A stretch of 64,000 nt of DNA, from positions 32,550,001 through 32,614,000 of the forward strand of contig NC_088797.1 of NCBI RefSeq assembly GCF_011386835.1, read 5' to 3'. Positions 11,908 through 29,100 of this stretch are shown one piece after another. Below the pieces are notes generated by a model. The model was not told the DNA's origin. It made no database searches and saw only the letters and a program-made list of their open reading frames with translations. The first letter of the stretch is position 1. The number at the start of each line of letters is the position of its first letter. Both the position numbers and the translations under genes were made by a program. This DNA comes from Chrysemys picta bellii (Eukaryota).

Positions 11908-14648
11908 GCCCCAGCCTGGCCTTGTCCAAAGCAGCCCTGGAGAGAGATGCACACGCAGCATTCATCCCCAGATCTGTTGGACTTGGGAAGGGGGAGGGAA
12001 GGGGGCAGTAACACACTGCTCAGGCTGTAGCCAAAATCAAGTTTAATAACAATACAGGATATTGCTGTAGTGTTAGAGACGGTGTCATTCATTAGTCATG
12101 TCACCTTCCTGGGAGGTGGGAGCAAGGCAGTCATTACAGCCAGGATCTTTCCCCCAACACACCCAATGGGCATTCAACAACTCAGGTGACCAACCCTCAG
12201 TGGGAGCATTTGATGGCTACAGGGCTCATCTGTTCCATAGCAGTGGCCCATCACAACCCCTACCCCAACACCCTAACCATAGGGTCAAGCTAATGGACAT
12301 GGGCCCGATCCAACCCTCTGGCTCACGCTGGAACCAACACAAGGGAGGGGAAGAGGTTCAGATTCCAGCCCCTTCATCCCCCACCACAAATAGCTCCCAC
12401 CCATTGGTGGAAGCCTACAGGACTTATGTTCATAGCTCTCCTTTCCACTGGCAGTGGCTTGTGAGGAAGGTGATATTTTTCCTCTACTGCCTCCCCGCCT
12501 AAGTCCCATGCCACCTCCCCTACCCCAGGGCTAGCAGAGCCATTAGCAGAAAAGGGTGGGAGCTTGGGAGGTTGCAAAACAGCAGATCTGGACTAAGGCC
12601 CAGTCAAAGAGCTGGACACAGGAAAGCAGTGGAATTGGAGGCAATGGTCAGTTTTTGGGCAGGGGGCGTGGTGTGTGCTCTCTTTGGTTACTGCGGCCGC
12701 CCCATGCATTTCAAACCCTACAGGAAGAACTGTCTCCTATCAACCATTTCAATAAATAGAAGGAAAACAACTGTATTCAAAGCATGAAACCCCATCCCCA
12801 CCAGAACTCTGAAAATCCACAAGCCAGGAAGTCTCTTCCCCTCCCACCCCCCATCTTTAAGCTCCAGTGCTGACCAGCATGTCCCATCCCCTCCCTAAAC
12901 TCCAGAACAGGTCAATACTTCACACACACACACACACACCCCTTTCCAGTAGGGGACAGCCCAAAGCACCCATGGCGACAGCTCTGTACAGAGATGGAGG
13001 GACCAACCTTGGAATTACACCCCCCCTCACCCCCATGGGATGCAAGGAGACACCAACCACACCCCATTCTCGTTAGTAAAATAATCACACCCAAGAAGCC
13101 CAGCCAACTCCTTCCCTTTCCCCTGGTATTCTGAGATGGGAAGCGAAGGCTCCGCTCAACGGAGATGACGTTGGAGGAGGGGGTTAACGACATCTCATTC
13201 CTGCAAATAATGCTGGACATAGAGGGGTGGATCTCAGTATTTGCCCATTGAATTCTGGCAAAGTTAAGGCCCAGGTAGTTACAGATGTTAAAAATTAGAA
13301 TAGGTGAAAGTAAGTTATACCTCCCCCGCCCCCTCAATATAGCTCAGTAGGAGGGGAGGGCAAATGAGGATGCAACAAGGGGCTGGTTACTGTCATTTGG
13401 TTTGAGCTGCATTTGCAAAACTAAAACGTGTGTGTGTGTGGCAGGGAGAGGGTTGGGATCCAGTGTCCATTCCATTTGAACCCCCAAAGGATGTGTGGGA
13501 GCAGAGGGATGATGGAAGATTCTGTACCACTCCCATTCCCAGCAAAGCAGAAGGGCAGTTTTATGTGTGGTCTGTGGGTGGGGCTGCAATCCTGCCCCAT
13601 CCCCAGGCAGGAAAGGAGGTTTCTGTTGGAACAGGCTTCCCCCAAAAGTCCCAGCAGCTGGCTGTGTCAAACAGATCAGCTGTCTCCCATCAAGTTGAGA
13701 CCAGGAAAATAATTACATCTCCCTCCTCGGGGCAAAGGGGTTTTGGGGACAAGGGTGAATAAAGCACAAGGTGGCTTAACGTAGCAGATGGGCTTAGAAT
13801 CAGAGAGCTCTGCAGTGTTTTGAGGCTAGAGGAATTGGTCCATCAAATATGGGATGGGTTTTACAAAGCACCTCTGAGGAAGCAGAGGCTGCCCAGGATT
13901 AGAGAATGGGAAAGGGGAACAAAAGAGCCCTGAACCCTTTCAAACACCTGCATTCAGACAATTGTGTTCTCACTCACTGAGACATACTGGGTTGGCAAGT
14001 TCCAAGTGATGGACAGTTGAGAGGCTCCTAGGGGAAGGGCATTCAAGCCCAGGGTTTAAGGAGCCAGATACCAGTTTCAGGGGGGCACGGCTGTAATGCC
14101 ATGGAGTTCACGCTTCCAAGAAGGTGCGGGACGTTTGCCCTTCAGTGCTGCCACCACCCAGCTTTTTTGCAGGCAGGAATGGAAATGCCCAATTTCCCTG
14201 CACACACACCACCAGCAGCATGGCTAGTTACAGAGTGGAGAAACTGAGGCATGGGGCTGGGAAGTGACTCACCTGAGACTGAACAACAGGGTCAGCAGCA
14301 GTGGGAACAGAACTCAGGAATCCTGGCTCCCCATCTCCCTGCTCTGACCAATAAATCCTTGTGGGCTGGCAACAGAACCCAGGAGTCCAGGCTTCCATTC
14401 CTGCGCTGCCTCTCACTTGCCCCAGTCCTTGGACACACTCGCACTAGCAGCACAAGCCCTCCCCGATCACCAGACGCTTTCCTCTTGCCTGGCCCATTCC
14501 AAAGCTGAACAGCTACAGTGGAAAGGATTCTCAGCTGGAGCACTTCGCGACCAGAGGGCTCATTCCAGCCCATCTCGGGGGCCCCAATCCACAGCTGTAC
14601 AAGCCTCCCCTTTCCTCCCAATCCTGCTCTGCCCACCCCACCTAGAGA

Positions 14649-14654
14649 TTTATT
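14649..14654 (-). terminator. Probable proximal ZFPL1 polyadenylation signal
   Basis: AATAAA on the minus strand about 210 nt after the ZFPL1 stop. Confidence 0.55.
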
Positions 14655-14863
14655 TGAGTCTCGTTTTTAAAAGAGGCCAAAGTCACTTCACACACCCCCT
14701 CATCAGTTTCATGTTTTGACTCTCAGCTGAGCTGACCCAGCAGTGTCCTGGCTGGGGGCTTCCCCTTGTACTCCCCCCAGAGCCCCACTTGCAGCTGCCA
14801 GTCCCCAGCATCCCTGCCTTGGCAGGCCATTCTTGGTGCCCAGGGAGGAGCCACCAGCTCAGT

Positions 14864-19392
<4,529 letters not shown>

Positions 19393-19469
19393 TCACTGAT
19401 AACACAGCAGGAGAGAAAGCATACTGAGCAAAATCAAAGCCCAGATCAACCCCACTCCCCTCCCAGTTC

Positions 19470-19880
19470 TGGAACAGAACCCAGGAGTCCTGGCTCCCAA
19501 TCCCCCTCTGCTCTAACCCACTAGACCCCACTCCCCTCTTGGCTCCAGGGAGGAACCCAGGAGTCCTGGCTCCCAGTCCTGTCCTAACCACTAGACGCCA
19601 CTCTCCTCCCCAGTGCCAGGAATAGAACCCAGACGTCCTGGATCCCAGCCCCCAAGGCTCTAACCACTAGACACCACTCCCCTCCCCAGTGCCAGGGATA
19701 GAACCCAGAAGTCCTGGCTCCCAGCCCCCACGGCTCTAACCACTAGACACCGCCCCCCTCCCCAGTGCCAGGAATAGAACCCAGGAGTCCTGGCTCCGAG
19801 CCCCCAAGGCTCTAACCACTAGTCCCCACTCCCCTCCCCAGTGCCAGGGAGGGAACCCAGGAGGCCTGGCTCCCAGCCCC
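19470..19880. repeat. 76-bp tandem repeat, about 5-6 copies, in ZFPL1 intron 1
   Basis: CTAACCACTAG at 19584, 19660, 19736 and 19811. Confidence 0.9.
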
Positions 19881-19915
19881 GCTTTGCCCCTCCATAGGGT
19901 CCCCCTGACACTCAC

Positions 19916-20146
19916 AGGCTCCTATTGAGACTGAGTCCGCTGTTGCCACGTCTCTTCCGGGTAGGATGCAGTTTGATGACGTTCGACCTGAGCGAGTCCC
20001 CGCAACCCGGCGCTCTCAGGGAAAGTTCCGGTTCAAAGGCTCGCGAGAAGTAGCTGCTGCGTCACTTCCATTGTAGCGGCGGGTGATTCGAACGGGGCTT
20101 GGCGGCGGGTTCCAGCCCGCGCGGCGCGGAGCGGACAGGCCCACGG
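19916..20146. promoter_or_regulatory. Bidirectional CpG-island promoter for ZFPL1/CDCA5, with a CDE/CHR element
   Basis: CDE GGCGG 20078-20082 + 4 nt + CHR variant TTCGAA 20087-20092; reverse CHR TTCAAA 20032-20037; CTCGCGAGA 20040-20048; GTCACTTCC 20061-20069. Only 230 nt separate the ZFPL1 exon-1 donor from the CDCA5 ATG. Confidence 0.8.
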
Positions 20147-23100
20147 ATGGCGGGCGGGGGCCAGAGGCGGACCCGGTCTGCGGGCGCGGCCCCAGCGGGG
20201 AGCAGAGCCCGGGGGGGTGAGTGCTGCCCGGGGCTGTTCGTGGGGTGCTGGTGCGGGGGTCTGTGCTGTGGGCGGGTCCCCAGCGGGGCGGGGTACGCGG
20301 GGGTGGGGGCTCTGCGGGGCACTGAATGCGCGGGGGGCGGGGTCTGTGGGGGACACTGGGCTCTGCGGGGTACGCGGGGGTGGGGGCTCTACGGGGCACT
20401 GAGTGCGCGGGGGGCGGGGTCTGTGGGGGACACTGGGCACTGCGGGGTACGTGGGGGTGGGGGCTCTACGGGGCACTGAGTGCGCGGGGGGCGGGGTCTG
20501 TGGGGGACGCGGGGGTGGGGGCTCTACGGGGTACGCGGGGGTGGGGGCTCTACGGGGCACTGAGTGCGCGGGGGGCGGGGTCTGTGGGGGACACTGGGCA
20601 CTGCGGGGTACGCAGGGGTGAGGGCTCTGCGGGGCACACGGGGGTGGGGGCTCTGCGGGGCACTGAGTGCGCGGGGGGCGGGGTCTGTGGGGGACACTGG
20701 GCACTGCGGGGTACGCGGGGGTGGGGGCTCTACGGGGCACTGAGTGCGTGGGGGGCGGGGTCTGTGGGGGACACTGGGCACTGCGGGATACGCAGGGGTG
20801 AGGGCTCTGCGGGGCACGCGGGGGTGGGGGCTCTGCGGGGCACTGAATGCGCGGGGGGCGGGGTCTGTGGGGGACACTGGGCACTGCAGGGTATGTGGGG
20901 GCAGTGGGCACACTGCGGGGTGGGGGCTCTGCGGGGTACTGAGTGCGTGGGGAGTGGGTCTTTGGGGTGCGCTGGGGGTAGGGGCTCTGCGGGGCACTGA
21001 GTATGTGGAGGGGGTCTCTGGGGGGCACTGGTATTGGATATTTCCCTCAGGTGGGGTCGGGGCAGTAATTTCTCTTAGGGGGATTCCAGGAGGAACAGGA
21101 TACAAGGAAGAATCATAGAAGATTCTTGGAAGAGACCTCAGGAGGTCATCTAGTCCAACCCCCTGTTCCAAGCAGGACCAACACCCACTAAATCATCCCA
21201 GCCAGGGCTTTGTCAAGCCGGGCCTTAAAAACCTCTAAGGATGGAAATTCCACCACCTCCCTAGGTAACCCATTCCAGTGCTTCACCACCCGCCTAGTGA
21301 AATAGTGTTTCCCAATATTCAACCTAGGCCTCCCCCACTGCAACTTGGGACCATTGCTCCTTGTTCTGTCATCTGTCACCACTAAAAACAGCCGAGCTCC
21401 ATCTTCTTTGGAACCCTGCTTCAGATAGTTGAAGGCTGCTATCAAATCCCCCCTCACTCTTCTCTTCTGCAGACTAAACAAGCCCAGTTCCCTCAGCCTC
21501 TCCTCGTAAGTCATGTGCCCCAGACCCCTGATCATTTTTGTTGCCCTTCGTTGGACTGTCTCCAATTTGTCCGCATCCTTTCTGTAGTGGGGGGCCCAAA
21601 ACTGGACGCAATACTCCAGATGTGGCCTCACCAGTGCCAAATAGAGGGGAATAATCACTTCCCTCGATCTGCTGACGGAGCTCCTAGTAATTCAGCCTAA
21701 TATGCCATTAGCCTTCTTGGCAACAAGGGCACACTGCTGACTCATTCAATGTAATCCCCAAGTCCTTTTCTGCAGAACTGCTGCTTAGCCAGTCGGGTCC
21801 CCAGCCTTTAGCGGTGCATGGGATTCCTCTCCATGGGAGTGCTGATGGGCTTGGGGAGCAGGGTCTGAGGAGGAAGTGATTCTCTCAGGATTTGAGGGCA
21901 TGTTTCCTAAGGGCTGGGAGGGGGGTCCTGGAGAATCAGGATGTGGGGAGAGGGGGTTCCATTGGCGGAGCAAGGTGCATGGGAATGTCTCCCTCAGGTT
22001 AGAGAACTCCTTGGGGTAGGATGCAGGACTGGAGGGTGTTTCACAGCTTCCTAACATCTTATGCCTATAAGAAGGCAAACACCAGGAGGTAGGAAAGTAC
22101 TGAGAAGCAGTTAAATGTCCCCACATTGGTAGTTTGGATGAAGGGGCTTCCACATGCAATGAGAACAACCAGCTTTCAAAGTTTTTCTCTCTCCCTCAAT
22201 TTCAGACGCTGTCTCCCCTCCTCCGAGGCGCAGGTCCGAGAGGATTGCAGGGTCTCCTACCAGGCGTGATTCCCAGAGGAAACCTTTGGTGGAGAAGAAG
22301 ATGGTGGGGAGCCCAGTGAGTAATAATGCATCCCTGTTAGTTCCAAAATCCAGCGGTGGGAGAGTTTGGAGTAGGTTATACCAGCCCCGAAAAGCTCGAT
22401 TTCCCATCCTGGAGAACTCAACAGGCTTTTTGGTACAGGGCACAGGCCAGTTAACAATGGCTTCCACTTTCAAGGGATCTGACCCCCTCCAATCCAGTGA
22501 CCTAGATAAGGGACTTTGACTGCCCCGTCTTACACTTTGATGCTGTAATTATGAGACCTGCATATCTGAATTTCTTCACCACAATTCCCAAGTGGTATGT
22601 ATGATCGTGATACACTTTTAACTTATTTATATGCCGTTTGAGCTGCTACCTTTCTGTTGGGCCTTTGGACATTCTAGGTAACATCATTAAACCCTTTCTA
22701 CCACCTCAAAAGGCCCCTCCCATGAGTTTTTCATTTTGTACTTTATTTACAGGGTCTAGCACCAGTATTAAATCCCCCACATGAAATGACTGATCACCGG
22801 TATTGTGATCAGATCATTCTTTCTGAGCAACATGGCTTTTAAAAAGTGAGGCTTTGCTGCACTATCCCCATCATGGATTTTAAATCCTCCCTGAACATAT
22901 TCAGTCACCGGTTCCCCCCTCTGCTTCAGTGCCCCCTCCCAGGAGTCTAATGAGATCCAGGAGACCTCTGACCATTCTTCTATACAGGAGGTCAAATGGG
23001 CAAGCCCCATGGACTCTGGGGGCACCTCCTGATATGCAAACAGATAGTAAACAGGGATGTAGTGTTACTCTTCCATTCCTAGCATGGATTTTAGGATCCA

Positions 23101-26100
23101 GTTGAACCTGTCAATTAATCCATTTGTTTCTGGGTGGTATTTTTCCCCACACATTCTTCATAAATCTCCAAATAGCTGGGACATGGAATCTGATCCACTA
23201 TTTGATGAGACCTCTTTTGGAAAGCCCACCTGCTGAATATGGAGAACTGTGCCTTAGCAACAGTTTCAGCTCCCACATTTGACAGAGCAACTGCTTCTGG
23301 ATACCTGGTAACAAAATCCACCACCAATAATATACATTTTCCCCCTCTGAGTTGGTCTGGGTACAGGCCTTATGATGTTCATAGCAAGCCTGAAAAATGC
23401 TGCTTCAGTTGCCAGTAGAGGATGCAAAGGAGCATGGCAGAGACAGAAGTCACAAGGCTTGCAGTATTCCTCTACTTCATTTTGAATATGGGGCCAATAG
23501 AAATTTTTCTTTAGCCTTTCATATGTCTTCTCCATTCCTAAGTGACCAGCGAAAGGGCAGTTTTGGGCTAAGCTTTAACTCCACACAATACTTCGTGGGA
23601 ATGATTATTTGTAGGGCCCCCCGGGACTTCTGTTTTCCCCAACCGAGGCTTCCCTTTAAATCCTTCCCTCTTCTGAAGGCCTCCTGCTGTACTCTCTATC
23701 TGGGTCATTACTGAGGATGGCCTCCCTTATGCTCCCCCAGGAGATGTCTGCTGTTCGTTCTGCAGCAAACTCCATTTGGCTCTTGCTTGTACCGAGAGCT
23801 GTCTCAGGTAAGGAGGGGACGACTCCTCATTTCCCTCCCCTTTAGACACATTGCTGAGTTCTGCTCGTTAGGTTGCCTCTCACATGCACACCCCTCCCCG
23901 CCCCCCACAGCATTTACCTCTGGTACCTTTGGGACACAATACTAATAGCCTTGGCCAGTGATATTCTGTCATTTCCCACCAATACATCAGCCAGTAAATT
24001 CTTAAAAACTCCTACGTTCAAAGTACCCCTTAAGCCTTCCCACTCTAATTCAATGGGAGCTAAAGACACCCTGGTTCTAAACTGCCCCAAGGCCAGGAGT
24101 TTTACCTCTTTCCCGGGAGCATATCTACCTCCTTAATGACATATGTGATGATGTCTCTCCACCCCAAATGTCGATCCTCCCCGGCACATTTGGCCATTTA
24201 CCTTGGCCTCCCTAATACACTCTTTATCTACCTCCAGGAGGTCAGACTGCACAAAATTTAACTAGAACCCCCTTTGGCATCACTGAAGGCTCTGAACTGA
24301 GGGTAGCTGCATTAACTTGGATAGATCAGGCATTGTATTTGGACTCCCCATTGTTTGTGCGTGTGTTCTAGGGACCCACATAACAGAAAATACTTTGGAC
24401 TGTTCCCTCAGGCTGGGATCTGATCATTAGGGTTACCAGGAGGGGTCCTGTACTGGACTTGCATGTGCTTCTCCTCCTCCCCCCCCTTCTTCCTTTTCCC
24501 TAGGAACAAACCAGGGTCTCCCTTTTATCCCAGGCTTTTGCCCTTCCTTTTGGGACTTGTGCTCTAGGAATGGTCTCGCTTGCAGGTATAAGTCAGCAGC
24601 ACTGGCTGCCTCTTCCACAGTTGCTGGTGCCATTTCCCACACCTCTGCCCTCACCTCATTAGAGCAGACACCAAAGAACTGCGCCTGAGCAAATAGATCT
24701 ACCAACCGGTGATCATTTTCTCCCCTTTTACTTTTCATCCATTTTCACCATATTTCCTGTTATCCAGTTGTTAGATTTCTACACTTTAGGTGATATATCT
24801 ATGGGGTAATTTGAAACTTTTCTAACGCCGACTCCTTAAACCAATCATACAACATAGCATTATTTCCATAATTAAACCAGTTGTTCTCAACCTATTTACC
24901 ACCGTAAGCCACATATGCAGCTTTCAGTGTGTTATGTGGGCCACATCCACACTATATACTCCCTGTATGGCCTCAGGATGTCACATGGGCAGCTGTGTGC
25001 TCATTGGGCCGCAAGCAGCCCATTCGCTGCAGGTTGAGAATGACTGGATTAAATATTTATAAGGCTTTGCCAGTCAATTTGGGAGGTAAGATGGGCAAGT
25101 CTGTTCAGCAGGGATTTTGTGCATCCTGCCTATCCTTTCAAAGGTGGCCATATTCTTCAGTGGACTCTCTCTCCTTGTAACTCAGGCAGTGGGTGATCCC
25201 AAGGAGGATTACTTGTGGGCTGAGAGTTCTGTTTTTTAAGCTTGTGGTGCCTTTCCTTCTCCCTTCCTTTAACTTCTGTGACCTGCTTTCACTCCTCTGC
25301 TTTCCGCTTTTTGGCTTTCTCTGCTGCTTCCCGTTTATGATCTCCCTCTTGGCCAGTTCTAAATGAAGGGCTGCCCCTCTGGGACCTGTGCCAGGCTGGT
25401 TTCCTAAGCCTGCACCTCCCACTCAACTTCAGGTAATTTTGATGGATGAATCAGTTCTCCATGATGCTTATCATATTGCATGAATAGAGATTTTTATCCC
25501 CTCTACTATTTTCCCTGTAGCTTCCAGGCTATGATCTGTGCACAGTTTTTCCAACTGTGGTTTGGTATGTTTGGCATGTCTCTGGCTTACTCATCCTGTC
25601 CTTTATGTTCTATTTCCCTTACCCATAGTAAATCAATGGAAAACAACAAACCATAACCTTTTTCTTTACCTGTTTCCAAGCCTCCCCAACTTCACCGGCC
25701 ATGGGCAACACAAACCCTCCCCTTTGGGCCTCGCAGGCCCTGCTGTTACTCCACAAGCTAGCAATTGGCACACTCAAGCCCTCTGAGTGTCTCCCTGGAG
25801 TCACCAGCTCCTGCTCCTCTGGACACTCGCAGTATTCACAGATTTGCTGCTTTCAAAGAAGCAGTACAGCCCAGCTTACCAGTTCCACCTGAGGATCACC
25901 GCTCTGCTTCATACACAGCACTGAGATATGCTTATAGTGAAATCAAGTATAAATTTATTTAACAAACCATAGTAGCAAGTACAAGTATTGGAAACAAATG
26001 GTGATATATAAAATAAAATCATAACACACGTTCCAGACCTAGACTTAATTAACAAGATACTGTCATGTCTGGTGGAGTACTGCTCACCCAAAATCCTTGT

Positions 26101-29100
26101 ACAGCTTTTCAGCCAGGCTGGCTGGGACCCTCCTTTCATGAGACAGCACGCTGTCAGTCCGCCTGCTCGATCAGTGGTTCTCAGCCAGGTTTCAGGAGGT
26201 CTGCCAAAATAAACCAGAGAGCAGAGCCGGCGTTAGACTCGCTGGGGCCCAGGACAAAAAGCTGAAGCCCGAGCCCCGCCGGGGGCTTGAAGCTGAAGCC
26301 AGAACAACTTAACTTCACAGGGCCCCTGGGCAATTGCCCTGCTTGCTACCCCCTAACACCAACCCTGGCTTTTAATCTACTGGATATGCAGAAAAACAGT
26401 AGTTGTGGCACAGGTGGGCTGCGGAATTTTTTTTAGCATGTTGGCGGGGCCTCAGAAAGAAAAAGGTTGAAAACCCCTGTGCTAGATGAAAGATTCAGTG
26501 TGTTCCTTTTCACCCTAAGATATCCCAGAACAATCCTTTGTCTTTATTTGTAAACAGGACATCCCCTGCTCTCTGTTACACTGTGCAGAGGAGATTTCCT
26601 CTCTTGTAGATTTCACAAACTTTCAGTGTGTACTTAGCTCAGTGTGCAAACAGGCAAACAGTATACAAATGGCTAGACGGGGAGATAGGTGTTTATCTCC
26701 TACCTGAAAGGAACATTTCCAAGGTATGTCACCTTCTGTTGGCCTGCCTTAACTCCAAAACCTTCATAGCATAATTTTCAGTGTAGATACATAACTTCTT
26801 CAATATCTGTTCATACGTTCTGTAATGATTATGATGGCCAGTGGGCTACCTCATATGCCACCCTTTGGTGTGAACTACTATGCAGCCATCTGACCCAGGA
26901 GATCCCTGTAAAAATGCTATACCTCTCTGCCCCGTTCCCCCTGCCAGTTGGCATCACGGGGTCCCTGGGTCACAGGCTGATTACCAGGAAAGCTGCTTAA
27001 GAGCTTCTGCCACCTGGACCCTCAGGAGAGGTAGAAGAACCATCTCGACTTTATCTTTTGTACCATTCCTTGCATATGTACTCACACCCTTCCTTGGGAA
27101 GTTGGCGGTAAGAGACAACGGTCCTGCTCTGTCTCTGGCATGCCAAAGAAGTCTGATGGTCCAGATCCCGTTACATGATGGTCTGGCCTGTTACAGAGCC
27201 ACACAAATGCCCAGCCTCCCTTGTCCATATCTAACTTCCTCACCCTAATTATGTTGGGGTGTCCTTATCCTATGGATTAGTATAGTAATGGTTTCAGCTA
27301 ATTGTCATATACATCAATTCGTTGCCAAGGCCAGTTTGCAGTTAAGCATTTGCCAACATTTTATCCTAAAATATCCAAATCTAGTATCAGTTCAGTGTTC
27401 CTGTGGTTACCTGGTATTACGTTGTACAAACTCTCTGCTTTAAGCACACTATTCCCAGTTCCCCAAACCTCAGGGTCACTGTCGGGCCACTTATCTATAA
27501 CACAGTTCATGAGCCTCAAAGCCTTATTATGGTAACAGGTTAAGCTAATGTCTTACAGGATACAGGCCTGTAAGTTCCTTGCGTTACTGTTAAGTAAAAT
27601 AAAATGCTAAAGCTAGCTCAATGAGCTACAGCTGTGGGTCGTCAACGATGATTGTGTTCCAGTCTGACCTTTCTTTCCTTGAGCACATCTCTCTTTTGTC
27701 TTATGCTTGGACTGGAAGCTTTGTGAAGCAGGGGCCATTTTTGTAGTTCTGTGTACATCATGTAGCGAAATGGGGTCCTAGGCTCTGCTACAGTACAAGA
27801 AACAAATAATAAGTCTTGTCTCTTTTATCCTATTTATGTAGCTTCCAGCTCCAGTGGTGAAGCGATCGATCATGGTGAAAAAGATCATGCCCCGAAAACA
27901 GCAGGTCTGTGAGTCAAACCTTCCTGTCGCTGTTGTTTGTGTATGCACATGAACTGAAATCTGTTTTGATTATACTCCCCAACTCCAAACCAGCCACAGA
28001 CCAAGCATCGCTTTCCAGCCTGTAGGATAAGTACAAGAATACAGAACTAAAGTTAGCATACGTTTGGCTAAGGGGTGTGTGGGTGTGAGTGAGTAATCAG
28101 TAGTATGTCTAAAGGTGCATGTGTCTTATTAACTCTGTTTTCTCCTAGAGCTGCAGGAAGAAATCACAGACAGTGTGGAACCGGCTGTCCAACACTATCT
28201 GTGATTTGGGGGGCGTGTCATAACTATAAAGGGAAGGGTAACAGCCCTCCTGTGTACAATACTATAAAATCCCTCCTGGCCAGAGACTCCAAAATCCTTT
28301 TACCTGTAAAGGGTTAAGAAACTCAGGTAACCTGGCTGACACCTGACCCAAAGGACCAATAAGGGGACAAGATACTTTCAAATCTTGGTGGGGGGAAGGC
28401 TTTTAGTTAGTTAAAGAAGGCCCCAAACAGCAAGTAAAAGAAGGCCATGAAAATAATTAGTATTACTTGTGGTGTGGGAAGGTTGTATGGTTTTAAAAGT
28501 AACTAATAAAATAAAGAGCTGCAGTAACAAGACAAAGAAAAACTGTCTTAAAAGAAACAAGCCCAAACCTTCCCACTGTTGTGCTAGTAAGCAAGGGAGG
28601 AGGTGGGGAGAGAAGATAAGAAAGAAAAGGCCTTGTGAAGAAAGGAGGCTGTAAATCTTATCTGGATAAGACTTGGAATAAGGGTGAATAGTCTCAAATT
28701 GATTTTTAGCTGAAGTCAGTAATTGGCAATGACATCGCTTGTTTGATAAAGGGTATAAAAAGTAAATGTTTAAAGGGTTCATTGCTAATACCTGCCTAAC
28801 CACACTGGAACTGATCAATATGGGTCTAAGCACCCCCTGGGTTTAGCCCATTTATAAGTATCTCTATCAAAAGTTCATAAATGTTTTGTTACTGTTTAGA
28901 TGCAGTAAATTGCTTACTAGTTAGACTTTTTAGGCACGTTTAAATCAACTGTATAAATATCATTTGGCCTTGGGATTTAATAAAGTAATTTATGGTTAAA
29001 TTAGTGTTTGGTGGTTTCCCATATCAATATTAATAATTCCAACATAGCCCATTGAGAAAGGAAAGGCAAACCTCATTTGTTTCTGTTTCCGGCTCTGGAA

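Noticed and set aside
12912-13337. 141-aa minus-strand ORF between TMEM262 and ZFPL1
   Set aside because: No recognisable motif, no convincing splice sites, ends in a (GT)n tract; more likely UTR or intergenic sequence.
20016-21171. Long Pro/Arg- or Gly-rich ORFs (331, 224, 215 aa)
   Set aside because: Products of the stop-free GC-rich minisatellite in CDCA5 intron 1.
28149-28216. Acceptor-like site followed by [15 protein letters not shown] in CDCA5 intron 3
   Set aside because: No donor that keeps frame before the stop or the LTR at 28217; the CDS is complete without it.
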